Positions 38,580 through 51,086 of a DNA stretch of 64,000 nucleotides are shown piece after piece. How positions within the stretch are numbered: the first letter of the stretch is position 1; each line of letters starts with the position of its first letter. The notes beneath the pieces are model-generated. The model ran no database searches. It had not been told where the DNA came from and saw nothing but the letters and a program-made list of their open reading frames with translations. The position numbers and the translations under genes are program-made. This stretch comes from Narcine bancroftii (Eukaryota): positions 24,490,001-24,554,000 of the forward strand of contig NC_091476.1 in NCBI RefSeq assembly GCF_036971445.1. The letters run 5' to 3'.

Positions 38580-38937
38580 CAGTGGTTCTCAACCTTTTTC
38601 TTTCTACTCACATCCCACTTTAAGCATTCCCTATGCCATAGGTGCTCTGTGATTAGTAAGGGATTGCTTAAGGTGGTATGTGGGTGGAAAGGAGTTTGAA
38701 AAACACTGTTTTAATCATATCTAATTGACTCATTATATGCACAGTTTCATAACTCCAAAGGAAATGGGCCAATGTTAATTTTTCTCATGCAAAATATTTC
38801 AGTACAATTTAGTGATTTTCAACATTCTCTTCCCACTCACATACCATCTTAAGCAATCCCTTACTAATCACAGAGCAGCGATGGCATAAGGATTACTTAA
38901 AGTGGTATGTGAATGGAAAGAAGGTTGAGAACCACTG
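38580..38937. mobile_element. hAT-Charlie-like MITE built from two hairpin modules
   Basis: TIRs CAGTGGTTCTCAACCTT / AAGGTTGAGAACCACTG. Perfect 8-bp TSD CTATAATC. Confidence 0.9.
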
Positions 38938-39709
38938 CTATAATCAGACTAATTGTGGATCGATGATGGAGATTAAAGCGATTCCTTGCTGCTTTAATGC
39001 ACCAGGGTTCCACGATTGTACAGAAATGATCCAAATGCTACTGACTGACGCATCTTATATTTTAAGGTCAAGTAGAGTTTTCAAGTTCCAATGTGAAATA
39101 GACAAATCATTTTTGGGGAGAAATACAACTAACATTTGAGACAAAGCAGTTACTTAACTGAATCTAGTTTCCCTGTCAGACTGAATCCAATGCAGCCAAA
39201 ACAATAAAATGTTTTCACTAAAACTCCACTATTACCTTCAAAAGCAATTTTTTGTAACTGCTTTCTTAACACATTAGAATTCGACCTGCTTTTCCTTGGA
39301 ATAGCAGTATTTTTAAATACCCCCATCTTAATTTAAAACCATTACAATCTGATGTGGTGCTGCACAATATTCCAATCACATCAGATGAGTGTAACAACTA
39401 TTTATCCCAGACCCTAATTTTTAGACATGCAACCTTGAAATGAGTCATTGGTAATTTGCTCAAGAATTTCTGCAAGCAGGATATACTACTGATAAGTATT
39501 GGTCTGTTAATCAGTCCAGTCTCCATTTGATAAGTAATCACAAGGCCCTCCATTTAACTCATTCAAGTTTGTCTGTTTCCATTTATGTGCTAAAAAACCT
39601 TGAATGAGTTGCTTATTTCTACAGTATAATTGATTGTTATATTCAGTATTGTGGAACGTTGTCTTAATTTCAACTGAAACGGATCTCACCAGAAAGAAAA
39701 CCAACAACA

Positions 39710-40517
39710 GTTCAAGGTTCCTTTTATTGTAACATGATAATACACAAAAATGTCATATACAGGATACACCAACTTTTGTCTGCCATAAGCCAAACAAAAA
39801 GAGTCACCATGAACACTTCCTGGGTCTCCTAACAATAAGAGAAAGAGAAGCAAAATAAAGTCCTTTCAGAGACACCACATGTTTGTGGATTCGGCTCCAG
39901 CACTCTTGGATCTGCAGACCCCTGATCAAATCACTGGTAGTCCAAGCTCCAGGACCAAACTTGGGATACAATCAGGAAGCCTTCAGCATTCGAGCCTCTT
40001 TGGGAACCATTCTTTCACTCAGTATCCTCTTGAATCCCAGTTTCAATATTTGGTCTCCAGCAGCCTGTGTGGGTCCTTCAAACACATCAGCAACACCTGC
40101 AACATGCGCGAGTCCCTCAACTGCAAGTCGCCAACCTTCCGTGTCCTCCTGTGTGTGTCCTTCAGCCGCTAATCCTCTTGGTGGTTGGCTGCCGTGGTCA
40201 CCTTCTGTAATGTCTTCTCCTTTGAAACAGGGTGGGGGGGTTGGTGTTCCCCCATTTCTGGTGCCAAGTCCTTTGCTCTCTAGGAGTCTACAGCCATTCG
40301 TAATCCACAGCCCAGTACAGGCACCGTAATCTTGGGCACTGACTCTGTAGTCGCAGGATTTAAAAAACAAGCACCGGCTCCTTTAACAGGTCATTGAAAG
40401 TCTGTACCGAGCCATAGGCATCATAACCAGGCAGTAGGACCCTGGGGAACAGCGCTATGTGTCTGCTCCCTGCTCTCCTGGGTCTACACCAACGGCAGTG
40501 CTGCCATAACAGAAGCT
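39710..40517 (-). mobile_element. Non-autonomous retroelement with LINE-type 3' tail (related to 58655-59830)
   Basis: Reverse strand starts aaaatggcagtgctg..ggtgtagacccaggagagca and ends tggtgactc..gcagacaaaagtt..acaataaaaggaaccttgaa. Confidence 0.6.
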
Positions 40518-42639
40518 CCACAGCACTGCCATTTTTTGGGTACAAAATATATAAATCTACACAATATATAAGGCAAGGGACAAACTGGGAGAAAAAGAAA
40601 CCAGACAGCTGTGCTCCTTCTCCCTCTTTTATCTGGGCTTTTACCTTTTTTTGCTATTCATATACAGCTCAAAATGTTGACTGTTGGTCTAGTTAAGTGC
40701 TGCCTGAGCCACCATGTTCTTCCAACATTCTGTGTTCCAGTTTTCCTGCAGACTTTGTTTACAGGTGATTAATTTGATTTGGCATCACAGTTGACATGAG
40801 CACAAGGGCTTGTCCCATTCTGTACTACACAACAGTCTGCCCATTTCTATATTGGTTTCAAGCTAAGTTTTAATCTGGAGGAACAGTGTATAATTTTAAA
40901 GCAGAGATAAAGAGGGTAATGCTGTCAATGTGGTGAACAGACTTACAAAAGGCTTTTGATATATCACATAAATACTTAAAGTTGAAACACTTGGCACACA
41001 GGTACATTGATGAGTTTTTTTTAAATAATAGGAAGTAGGGATTTATGGTGAAATAGTATTAATCAGCTGGGAGTAAGAATTGCCCTGAGACCTGCATTGG
41101 GCCCATTATTTTTGTTAAAATTTTATCTCAAAATTTGGAGGAATGGTGATCAATTGCATTAGCATATGGTGGGTGGAATGGCACAAATGAGTAGTACTGA
41201 GTTTTGGGATGAAAAATGATCAAAATAGAACAAAGTTAGCCAGCCATTTTTTTTTAAAAAAGGTAGCAAAGGGTCCAGAAAAGAACTACAAAAAATAGTT
41301 CCAGGGTTGAAGGACTAGTTACAATATTAGAGATACTTGCACCATTCACTTTAAAAACAAAGCTAAAGGTGCCAAATTGATGGATGTCGATAAAACGATA
41401 GCGGAGCTGCTGGGAAGATGTTCCCTTTGATGAAGGGAGTTGAAAACAAAGGGTATAAAGTTTACCCAATGGAAATTGATGCAGATAATAAGCAATATAC
41501 ATGTTCATTGGTTACAGATGTGGTGAAGGTCAATTCCATTGTGACTTTCAGGAGAGAAATGGATACAAGTCAAAGAAAATATTTGGAAAATTTATAGATC
41601 AAAATGTGTAAGGAACTAGTATGAGGCTCTGGTGTCTAGTTCTTATGCTGTAACCATTCTATAATTCTGAAGGACTTACAAATACCTCCAAATAGATCAT
41701 CAGTTAATTTTTTGCTATACAAGTGTACCTCAACCACCAGTCTAAATTTTGTAAAGGTATTTGCACATATCTCAATAGTTTGCATACAAAACCAAACTAT
41801 AATCCATCAATGCAATTATTTCACTGAATGTGGAACGAAGCTCATTGAAGATAACGAGGATCTGAACAGCACCTATCGACCCAGCACAAAAACCTTTCAA
41901 ATCTATTCTATCTGCAAATAACAAAGATTTCAAAGCACTTCATTAGATTTGGAGGATGCTTGACCAAAAATAAAAACCCTGATTTTTATATTTAAAACAT
42001 TTATTGCCATAAGGGGTCCTCAACTGAGATGATATGCCTTCATGGAGTTCCTTTTTAATGGAACCCAAGATACCAGAAGGCGTTTTAAAATGTATTGAAT
42101 CTCAAGCGGCTGTACGGGGCGGGGTGGGGAGATCCGAATGGGGTATCTTTAAAGGCAATAGTTGTTTCTCTCTCGACGTGGAAGAGAATCGTTGGGATTC
42201 TGTCTGGCGACAGAGTTGAACGATAACAGTCCGTGCTCTTGGGGAAAGAAGAGCCAAATCAGTGAGTGACCTTTCAAGCAAGGCGCTTCCTCGTCCCTCG
42301 AACTTCAAAACCAAATACATCCCCCCCCACCCCCCCACCACCCCTCACCCCCTCATCCCCCTCCCCCGCACACTGGGAACAAGTTGACTGAACAACTGGG
42401 TGATGAACAGGCATCGCGAAAAAAAACTTTTCTTCCCCAGAAGTTAAATCCTCCTCGACACGCACATATGGATCAAAACTTTATTTAAAAAAAATCAGGG
42501 ACCTCTCCTCCAAATTAGGCAATAAGGTGATCTCAGATAATTGAATAGAGCCGATTAGAGTCTAACTTTACTCAGAAGCCCCGGACAAAACTGGGAAAAG
42601 TAAATCCTTGCAGAGAAAGTGGCTGGGACACCATCGAGG

Positions 42640-43010
42640 TCCTGGCCCATCTCTTTGTGTCGTGACCGCTGCGCTTCAGAGCGCCCGGCGAGTCGCACTG
42701 GTAGCTCGGGACCCTCCAGGGGCGCTCGGCGGCCACACTCACCCAGAAAATGAAGCTGAAGACGATCAGGAAGGTTTTGAAGCAGGTGATGACCGGCTTG
42801 GTCTGCAGCCGCCGCGCAGAAGAGGCGGCCATCTTCCCCGCACGACTCGCAGCGACCGCGAGAGGGAGGCGCTCCGTCGGACACCCGCCCTCGTGGCCGG
42901 GCAGGGAAGTGACGTCAGCCCCGCCCGCGCCTGATTGCGCGGTGAACCTGTCAATCACGCCCCGCTTTTGTGGCGCTGTCGCAGGTGCCGGGGACCGGGG
43001 ATCAAGGTCG
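42640..43010. promoter_or_regulatory. CpG-island promoter of the tetraspanin, possibly bidirectional
   Basis: Dense CpG. Overlapping ETS/CRE GGAAGTGACGTCA at 42905-42917, GC box CCCCGCCC at 42919-42926, and a YY1-like AAGATGGCCGCC over the start codon. Confidence 0.8.
42743..42832 (-). CDS. TSPAN6: Tetraspanin coding exon 1 (MAASSARRLQTKPVITCFKTFLIVFSFIFW)
   Basis: Kozak AAGATGG, donor TGG|gtgagt. RRLQTKPVITCFK is the TSPAN6 N-terminus. The seven exons sum to 750 nt (249 aa). Confidence 0.93.
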
Positions 43011-43339
43011 GTGTCAATCTGATGTCATTCCTCGTCTGAAAAAAGATTGATGTTGAATTTGCTTGAGATTCTGAGGTGGCTCATGAAAACTCTCAGCGGG
43101 AGGGTGGGCTGTCTGGTCAGGTGCCCCTGGCTGTTGATGCCCGACGGGTGTGGTCGAGGCCCCTTTCTCCTCCACAGAAGTCAGTGGGGATGTTGCATTA
43201 TCTCAAGGAAATCCCACGCATTCTCCCCCTGTAGATCTCAAACTAAGTGGTCTGTTTCAGGTCTCTGCTTTTGGGCATGTGAAGGAGGTGACCTCGAGAT
43301 ATACCCTATAATAACCTAAAGATTAATGCTACCATAATT

Positions 43340-43605
43340 CTGTAACACGACACAGCATGCACATGTAAACAGATTAAAAAATGCAATCCACAGAGAATTT
43401 TAAAAAGATCAATAAAGTGCACAAGTAAGAGTCCTTAAATGAATCTCTGATTGAGTCTGATGGTGGAGGGGGAGCAGCTGCTTCTGAACCTGGAGGTGCG
43501 AGTCTTGTGGCACCTAGACCTCTTTCCTGACGGTAGCAGCGAGAACAGAGCATGTTCTGGGTGGTGTGGATCCTTGAGGTTTGGTGCTGCTCTCCAATGG
43601 CAGTG
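43340..43605 (-). mobile_element. Rex-Babar-like LINE 3' end
   Basis: gagtctgatggtggagggggagcagctgcttctgaacctggaggtgcgagtcttgtggcacctagacctctttcctgacggtagcagcgagaacagagc is shared with 56000-56480. Confidence 0.7.
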
Positions 43606-46600
43606 TAACCAGTTGGGTGTGGTTCAGTTCTCAGTGTTGGAGAAGCTCACCTGGAAGAGGATGGGACTATTAATTTACATAATTTTGTTGAATTTGGTAA
43701 ATTTTTTAAGCATTGATGATATTTTTGCAGGATCTTGAGCAGCCCACTCGATGTAATCCAGGTGTTAGATTAATATAGAAATAGGTCTCAGGTCTTGACC
43801 TTCACAGGCTTAACTTGCAGGCGTAATTTGGATCAGATGGGGGTGTGGGTGGTGGTAGTGGTAGTGGATAGTCAACTTGTATTCACTCTGGAATTAACTT
43901 GTAACTGGATATAACATTTAGGAACCTAAAATTGTTTTTAGGTGAAATTAGGTATGGGGGCAATCAGAAGTAAAATAATGCAGTATGAGTTTGAGAGTTT
44001 ATTGCCAGACGTTCAGTATAGAGATGCACCAAAATTCTTAGCTGCTGTGGCAACGAAGGCACACAAGATTCACGAATAATAGTATAAATTAAATTACTAC
44101 AATATCCCATGAGACAGAAAAAGAGATAATACTCACAGTTGCAGTGCAGAAAATTTGAAATTAAACAGAAATGCTGAAATGACTTTTCAAGTCATGTTTA
44201 CCTTAATAAATAGGCAAGTCATGCTTTGAGAGTCACTACCCCCTCTCCTCCCCTTCAGAAAATTGTCTGTTTCCCACCAATGATTATCTGCAGTAATTCA
44301 TATTTCTGAATCACAATGTTGCTCAGAATAATTAATACTAATGAGTAGCACTGCTGTCAAATTTGTGGAAGACACCAACAGGATAGCAGTGTGAATTGTG
44401 ATCTGGATGCAAAGATGCTTGAAGGGATATGGACACGCTAAGTTCATGGCAGACAGAACATAATGTCTGCTTAATCTCTCCTCGAGGGTAGTTATCCTTG
44501 GTCTCAGGAATCAATCTGATTACTTTCATCAGTATATACTAATGATAGAAGTACTTGAATAGACCTGGAAATATATAGCAGGTGCAGTCTTGCTCGGGTC
44601 CTATATAACTACTATTTTCACACTGACACTGAAATTCTTTGGCAATAGAACTCAAACATTTTGGTTGCTGTATTTGCATATTGCTTTTGTGCTGTGTAGA
44701 AGAACTTCAGTCCAACATGTTCAATTTCTCACCAGTTAAAACTTTGGTTTTCTATTTTCTTTTCTACCCAAGTAGATAACTTTACAACAGCCTACTCCCT
44801 ACTTTTATTATTTGATATTTTTGGTGGAATTTGATTCCACTTGCTTTTTTTTTAAATTTTATAAATTTCTGGAAGCTTTGGTTGAGATTTACCCACTTAA
44901 ATTGGAGCCAACTTATCTGCATTGCTGCCACTTGGAATAGAAACAGAAATTGCTTAAAATAATCTGCCACCCAGCATCTGTGAACATAGATGGCTTACCG
45001 TGACAACCTTCCATATCTGACCTTCATCGATGTTTCATCCTTGAGATCATTTGCATAACTCAAAACAGATTTCAGTGTCTGTCGAACAGCCCAGTTCTTT
45101 GGTCAGAGAATGACTGCCTTGGGAAATCAACTGTGGTATAACATCAGCATTTTGGTGGTGACATTACTGAATCTGACTTGATGATTGTAGTTCAAGACCC
45201 ATTCCACAAACCTTTCCAGGACATAGCTTGAATTGAACCATATGCTTTATCTTTATTATCTGTGAAATTTGTAATATTCCAAAGTATCTGGTTTTCTGTC
45301 ATTTGCCAGATAACTGCGAACTGTACATTGGAAAATACAAAAGATATGTGTATGAATCCCTGTCAGTAAAGAAGATAGAAAAATATAGAATTAATATGTT
45401 AAACTACTTGCTCAGATGTATTTACTAGCATAGAAGATATCGAAAGAAAGAAGGCGCAAGCCAAAATATAAGCTGTAAATTAAAGCATTGAAATAAACAA
45501 CAGTGAAGCACTAACCTGAAAATTGTTTGTCTTTTTGAATTGAAGGTCTGATGGAAAACCCACAAGTTCGGCTGGGATGAGGGCTGTTCAAAGACAAAAA
45601 TGTACATCTGTCTCAAACAAGTTTAATGATAAGTGATAACTTGTTATGTGTCTTGATATTCCACGGCCCTGCAAGCAAGTTGATATATTGAGTGAAAACA
45701 AAAAGTGGCAACTATCAAATGACAGCTGTCGGATATGCTTTGTGTCCCAACTATGGTTTCATGTCATGGATAAAGAATGTAGACCCATATTTTGAACTCA
45801 TCAAGGCTGTGCTTGTCAGCTGAATCCACAAACTAGGGGGCCAGGACAGTTATCTATACCTTGCTTGAGTATCAGTAGGGAAGACTGGAGAGGATTACTG
45901 GATGAGGTGGGAAATGACAAATGTCAGAGAAAAATTTGTAACTGAGCTGTTCGATTTTTGATTAAAGTTCAAAATGACCATAACATACACATCTCTGACC
46001 TGCCAACATGAACAGCTGCCTTCTCATGCAACTTTACTGGAGGTTAAAACTTTTTAAAGATTCACAGTTTTGTTAGTGTTGAAACTTTCACATTTTGAGT
46101 GAGAAATTTTGTGTGGGTTTCTACTTGTTTAAATAGACATATACAGCATGATCAAACAGTGAGTTTTTCTAACATTGTGTATTTCATTTTTATGCAGCAC
46201 GACCTTTATTATTTTTTAATTTTTCAGATACAGCATGGTAGTGGGACCTTCTGACCCATGAGCCCATGCCATCTAAATATATCAATTAACCTACAACCCT
46301 GCATGATCTTGGATGGTGGAAGGGAACCAGAGCACTCAGAGGAAACTCAGATCTGAAACCGGGTCACTGGCGCTGTAATAGTTCTATGCTAACCCAATGC
46401 CGGCCTACAATAGAGTTTTGGATATTCTGCAACTGATTTAATCGAAGAACTCTGAAACAAAATTCTGAGATTTGTAGACTACTCTGCAATAAACTGACTG
46501 GTTAATCTAACAAAAATGACACAATTATTTCTCCTCGTGTAAACTGTTTACCAAAGGATTCATCCAAATTAGGCAATAAGGAGATCTCAGATAATTGAAT

Positions 46601-46786
46601 AAAGCAACATTTATTGTGTGAATAATCATCATCCACTTCAACAGAAAGATCAGAATTGAACTCAGTTTATGAGTGTATTTCAAACTTTAAAGCACATCTT
46701 ACTAGGCTACCTTTAAAATGATTTAAGCATTGCGTCAGCCATATTGAATAAAATAATTTTGAAGTTTTGAAATAGTCTAATATATT

Positions 46787-47088
46787 CTTTGGCTTGGCTT
46801 CGCGGACGAAGATTTATGGAGGGGGTAAAAAGTCCACGTCAGCTGCAGGCTCGTTTGTGGCTGACCAGTCCGATGCGGGACAGGCAGACACGATTGCAGC
46901 GGTTGCAAGGGAAAATTGGTTGGTTGGGGTTGGGTGTTGGGTTTTTCCTCCTTTGCCTTTTGTCAGTGAGGTAGGCTCTGCGGTCTTCTTCAAAGGAGGC
47001 TGCTGCCCGCCAAACTGTGAGGCGCCAAGATGCACGGTTTGAGGCGTTATCAGCCCACTGGCGGTGGTCAATGTGGCAGGCACCAAGT
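46787..47088 (-). mobile_element. RTE (BovB-like) LINE 3' end, young copy
   Basis: Near-identical to 16139-16435. Confidence 0.9.
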
Positions 47089-47199
47089 CTAATATATATA
47101 CACCAGTTAACACCTGTCAGTTTGTAATGAGATCTATGTGCCTATTTCGATCATAATCTTACCAATGCTTGTGAGTTTGTGAGGAAGGACAGGGCATAA

Positions 47200-47540
47200 A
47201 TGGAGGGGTTGAATGGTGTCCATTTCAATGCTAGGAGTATTAGTAATAAAGGGGATGAACTTTAGAAGTAAAGAAGATGGATCAGTATGAGGAACTACAA
47301 TGCTGTGGCTGATACAGAGACTTGGCTGGAGGAAGGGCAAGATTGGCTGATGCAGGTACCAGCATTTAGGTGTTTTAAAAGGAACAAGATGGGCGGTAAA
47401 AGAGTGGGGAGGGGGGAAGTAGTATTACAGCTAAAGAAAGTGAGTATGTTACAGAGGGGGGGGGGGGGTCTACTGAGACGGTGTGGGTGGAAGTCAGAAA
47501 TAGGAAGGAGGTGTAGGTGGAAATATAGCATTGTGGTCAT
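47200..47540 (+). mobile_element. CR1 ORF2 endonuclease fragment
   Basis: NYNAVADTETWLEEGQDWLMQVPAFRCFKRNKMGGKR matches the CR1 APE domain. Confidence 0.75.
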
Positions 47541-47949
47541 GGGGTAGGTACAAAGGAGGGGATTGATGTGAAGGGAGGAATGGATGAGGGAGTCAAAAGG
47601 GTGTGGTCACCACAGAAGACGGAGAGTGGAAGTAGGTGGCGGAAATAGCAGAAGATGTCCTGTCCTCCTATCCATGTCCAATTATGGCCTTTTGTCTGTC
47701 GGCCTGTGCTCCTCCCCCTGCCTTTTCTTTCCTCCTCCCCCAGACTTTTTTCTTCAGGCACCTTCTTGCTGATATCCTCCAGCATTTTTGTGCTTTCACT
47801 ATCTAAAGTAGAGGTGCTTTACTGGTGATGGAAGTCATTCCACAGAATTTTATTAGTTGCTGCTACCCATGGCTGATCACAGGAAATGATTAGGAGAGAA
47901 GCTTTCAAGAAAGTCCTCCAGGCAATTAGAAATATCAAAATATAAGACA

Positions 47950-49010
47950 AGTTCAGCACACAGACTCTTTGGACTATCTGGTCTGCACTGACCATGATGC
48001 CAAATTAAACTAATCCCATCTTCTGCACATGGTTCATATCCTTCTATCCCCTGCCTAAATACCTCTTAAATGCTGCTATTGTACCTGCTTCTACCGTCTC
48101 CTTTGGAGGTGCATTGCAGGCATCTAGGAAGCAAAACCTGTTCCCAAGCATTTTAATATTCATTCCTCTTACTTTAAACCAATGCCTCAAGTATTTGACA
48201 TATCCACCCTGGGTAAAACCTCTGACTGCCTACCATATTAATGAGTCCACAATTTTATACCCACAGAGGTGCCTCTCAGACTCCGATGCTCCAGAGGAAA
48301 TAATCAAAGTTTGTCAAATCTTTCCAATACAGGCAACATCCTGATAAATGTCTTCTACTTCCTCTCTAAAGCCTTTACATCCTTTCTATAGTATTGTGTC
48401 CAGAACTGCACAGAATTTCCAGTTTTATACAGATGCAATATGACTTACCAGCTTTTATGCTCAATAAAACTAAGTATGCCATATGTCTTCTTTACCAGTC
48501 TATCTCAAGTGCTTTGCCACTTTCAGAAAGCTATGGATTTGCACCTCAGTATATCAGTATGCCTAAGGGTCCTACCATTTATTGTATACTTTTCTCTTGC
48601 ACTTGACTCCCAAAATGCAATACCTCACACTCATCTGGATAAAATCCCTTCTTCCATATCTTCACCCAAATTTCCAACTGATCTATGTTCTGCTGTATTC
48701 TTTGACAAACCATTTTGCTATCTACAGCTTTACCAAATTTCATATCATCTGCAAGCTGACCGATCAAATCACCTGTCTTTTCATCCAAATCATTAATATA
48801 TATTACACATAACAGAGATTCTAGCACTGATCCTTGTGGAATACCACTGATCACAGATTTCCAGTCATAAAAATGTTTCTCTACCACTACCCTCTTGTCA
48901 ACTATGACCAAGTCAATGTTGGATTCAATTTATCAACTCATCATAGATACCTTGTGACTTAATCTTCTGGACCAGACCTGTTTCTGATGTAAGGCTCTCC
49001 TGTCTTTAAT
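47950..49010 (-). mobile_element. CR1 LINE RT and 3' end, decayed
   Basis: WKSVISGIPQGSVLESLLCVIYINDLD...LADDMKFG...CEVLHFG. Confidence 0.85.
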
Positions 49011-49774
49011 TTCCTGGTTTGTTCCTGCACAAGGTGGCAGATGCAATTCAGAAATAAACTGGAAAGCATTCAACAACACATTTTCCTCCCTCTTGCAGGA
49101 GAAATTAGTCCATAATCAGACATGGAAGCCACATAATGTATTAATAATTCAATAGTTTGCTCTTCCTCTGTCCTCTCACAGCCCCATAACCCAAATAGAG
49201 AATGTTAGCCATTGTTGATGGGGCTATCACAAAGTTCATAGCCAGTGGTAGCATATAAATGATTGGAGATGGCTGTGTACTCTTTCCTAAATCTTTCTCA
49301 ATTCCATCCACTCTTTATTCTGCAATCTCCTGCATTTTTTGGACTGCTTAGTTGACCTTGGTAGAGCAACACAAAAATATCAAAACTTTTATCTAATATT
49401 TACAAGTACCAACTCAGATACTGATGCTTAACATCAGTATGGGATATGCGGGTGCAATGAACAGCACATGGATGGGATTGAAAGGTACCCATAGTACCAG
49501 CTTCACAGAGGATAATGTTAGATTTGTATTCTGCTTTGATATACTCAGAAGAGGAGATTGATAAGATTGCATTGAGAGGCTTGTGGAGTAAAATCTGAAA
49601 ACAAAGGATTAAGAGTTCACCCATAAGTTGCTTACAAGAACATACAAGAGTCAGTTGCATATCCCTTAAGTGGAGGCAGGGAACCTCAAGGTTGTGATTT
49701 ATCTGCAGACATGCTTATCTGCAGACATGAAAAGCTTTGGAATTCTGTGAAACAATGATTAAATTATTGCCAAA

Positions 49775-49974
49775 TGTTGACAGGTTGACCTCAACAGGAA
49801 GCTCACATTCAGGAATGCACTGCCATTTTATTGTAAATAAACTCTGTTAAAACTGGCTGTGGGTAGAGCAAACTCAGGCTGGGTGCTGGGCATGCTCTCC
49901 AAGATATCTTGCTAATAAAACTCTTCTGAGTTACTGTTACCCTGGTGTCGGTAGTTGATTCTTTCTCCGCAACA
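49775..49974 (+). mobile_element. Possible short solo LTR
   Basis: TGTTG...CAACA termini with an internal AATAAA; no clear TSD. Confidence 0.35.
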
Positions 49975-51086
49975 AGGCTAGCAAAGATCACGGATGCCTC
50001 CAGCTATTTCTTTCAATAAGGCAATGCGAGAAGCTTGGGGCCCATCATTTCTAGGATTGGAAGTGGTGGCCAGTTCCATACCAACATTTATGGTCTTAAT
50101 GATGATGCAATATCTCTTGGTTCATATGAGCACTTTGAGTTGAAGCACACTGAAAGCTGCTCAGGAAATGGGTCTTTAACTGTGGGCTGTGACCACATAA
50201 TGAATGAATGTCATTAGTCAGATAGTTTAGATCACCCTTGAAGGTGGCATAGCACTGGAACAATCTGTCCTCCTGCAGAATTGAGGGATATCTGGAATAT
50301 TATTCTAAGGAAGAAAATATCCAGGTGGTTTGACTGAAACTGGTGTCGGCTGTTTTCATTGAAATCCAACTTGCCAGTGGTGACGTACCATTAGATGCAT
50401 GAACTGACATCACAAATCTTGCTCTCTTGCCTCTTTTTCACCTTGCATCAGACAAAAATTAAACTCTATCATGTATATTACATTTTACATGACAATAAAA
50501 GGAAACTTGAACCTTGAAAGATCTACCAACTCTGCGTGGTTTTGACATTTTGACCACTGCGTGCGCTGTTGCCTTACCAAAATGAGGGATAATAAAGGCC
50601 AACTTTAAATGTATGCCTGCCCATCACGTAGCAAATTGACACCTAGAGCATACAAAACAATTGGTGTTTTGAAACCAATTTTTATATGGTAAAATTGGTA
50701 CATGCTGATGTTTTCCTAGCTCAACACTAGGAGGCAGCAGTTTCAAGCTTTTACTGTCAAAATAATGTGGTGCTAGAAATTTTGACATTTCAATTTATCA
50801 CCGTCTCTGCCACCTGAACAGAAATTCCCTTCCTTAATTACGCCGCACATGGTCCATTCCCCACCTAGAAAATACAAATGATGGTAGATTCTGGGAACCC
50901 AATGGATATACAAGCCAGTAGAAAGCTTTGGCACCATTTATCATTGAAGAAATCAGAATAGGGGCAGTTTGGGTAGGGGAATGCGTGAAGTAGCGGAGAT
51001 ATGTTATATTTGCCTTCCTTCTTCTTCCCTTATTGTTAAATTAGTATGGCCATTAAGCCAATCTGTAAATGTAAATAAATGTAAAT

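Larger units (their letters stand above)
45045..50395 (+). pseudogene. Candidate heavily decayed RPGR-like (RCC1-repeat) pseudogene remnants
   Basis: Ordered fragments resembling successive parts of the RPGR RCC1 domain at about 45090, 45310, 49182, 49354, 49472, 49585, 50055-50200 and 50370, with many stops and frameshifts. Position and strand fit synteny. Identified by eye only. Confidence 0.4.

Noticed and set aside
39879-40696. Overlapping 60-148 aa ORFs in TSPAN6 intron 1
   Set aside because: They fall within a GC-rich dispersed repeat and show no recognisable protein motifs.
42320-42370. G-quadruplex-prone tract in TSPAN6 intron 1 (minus strand)
   Set aside because: Common near vertebrate first exons; nothing specific supports a function.
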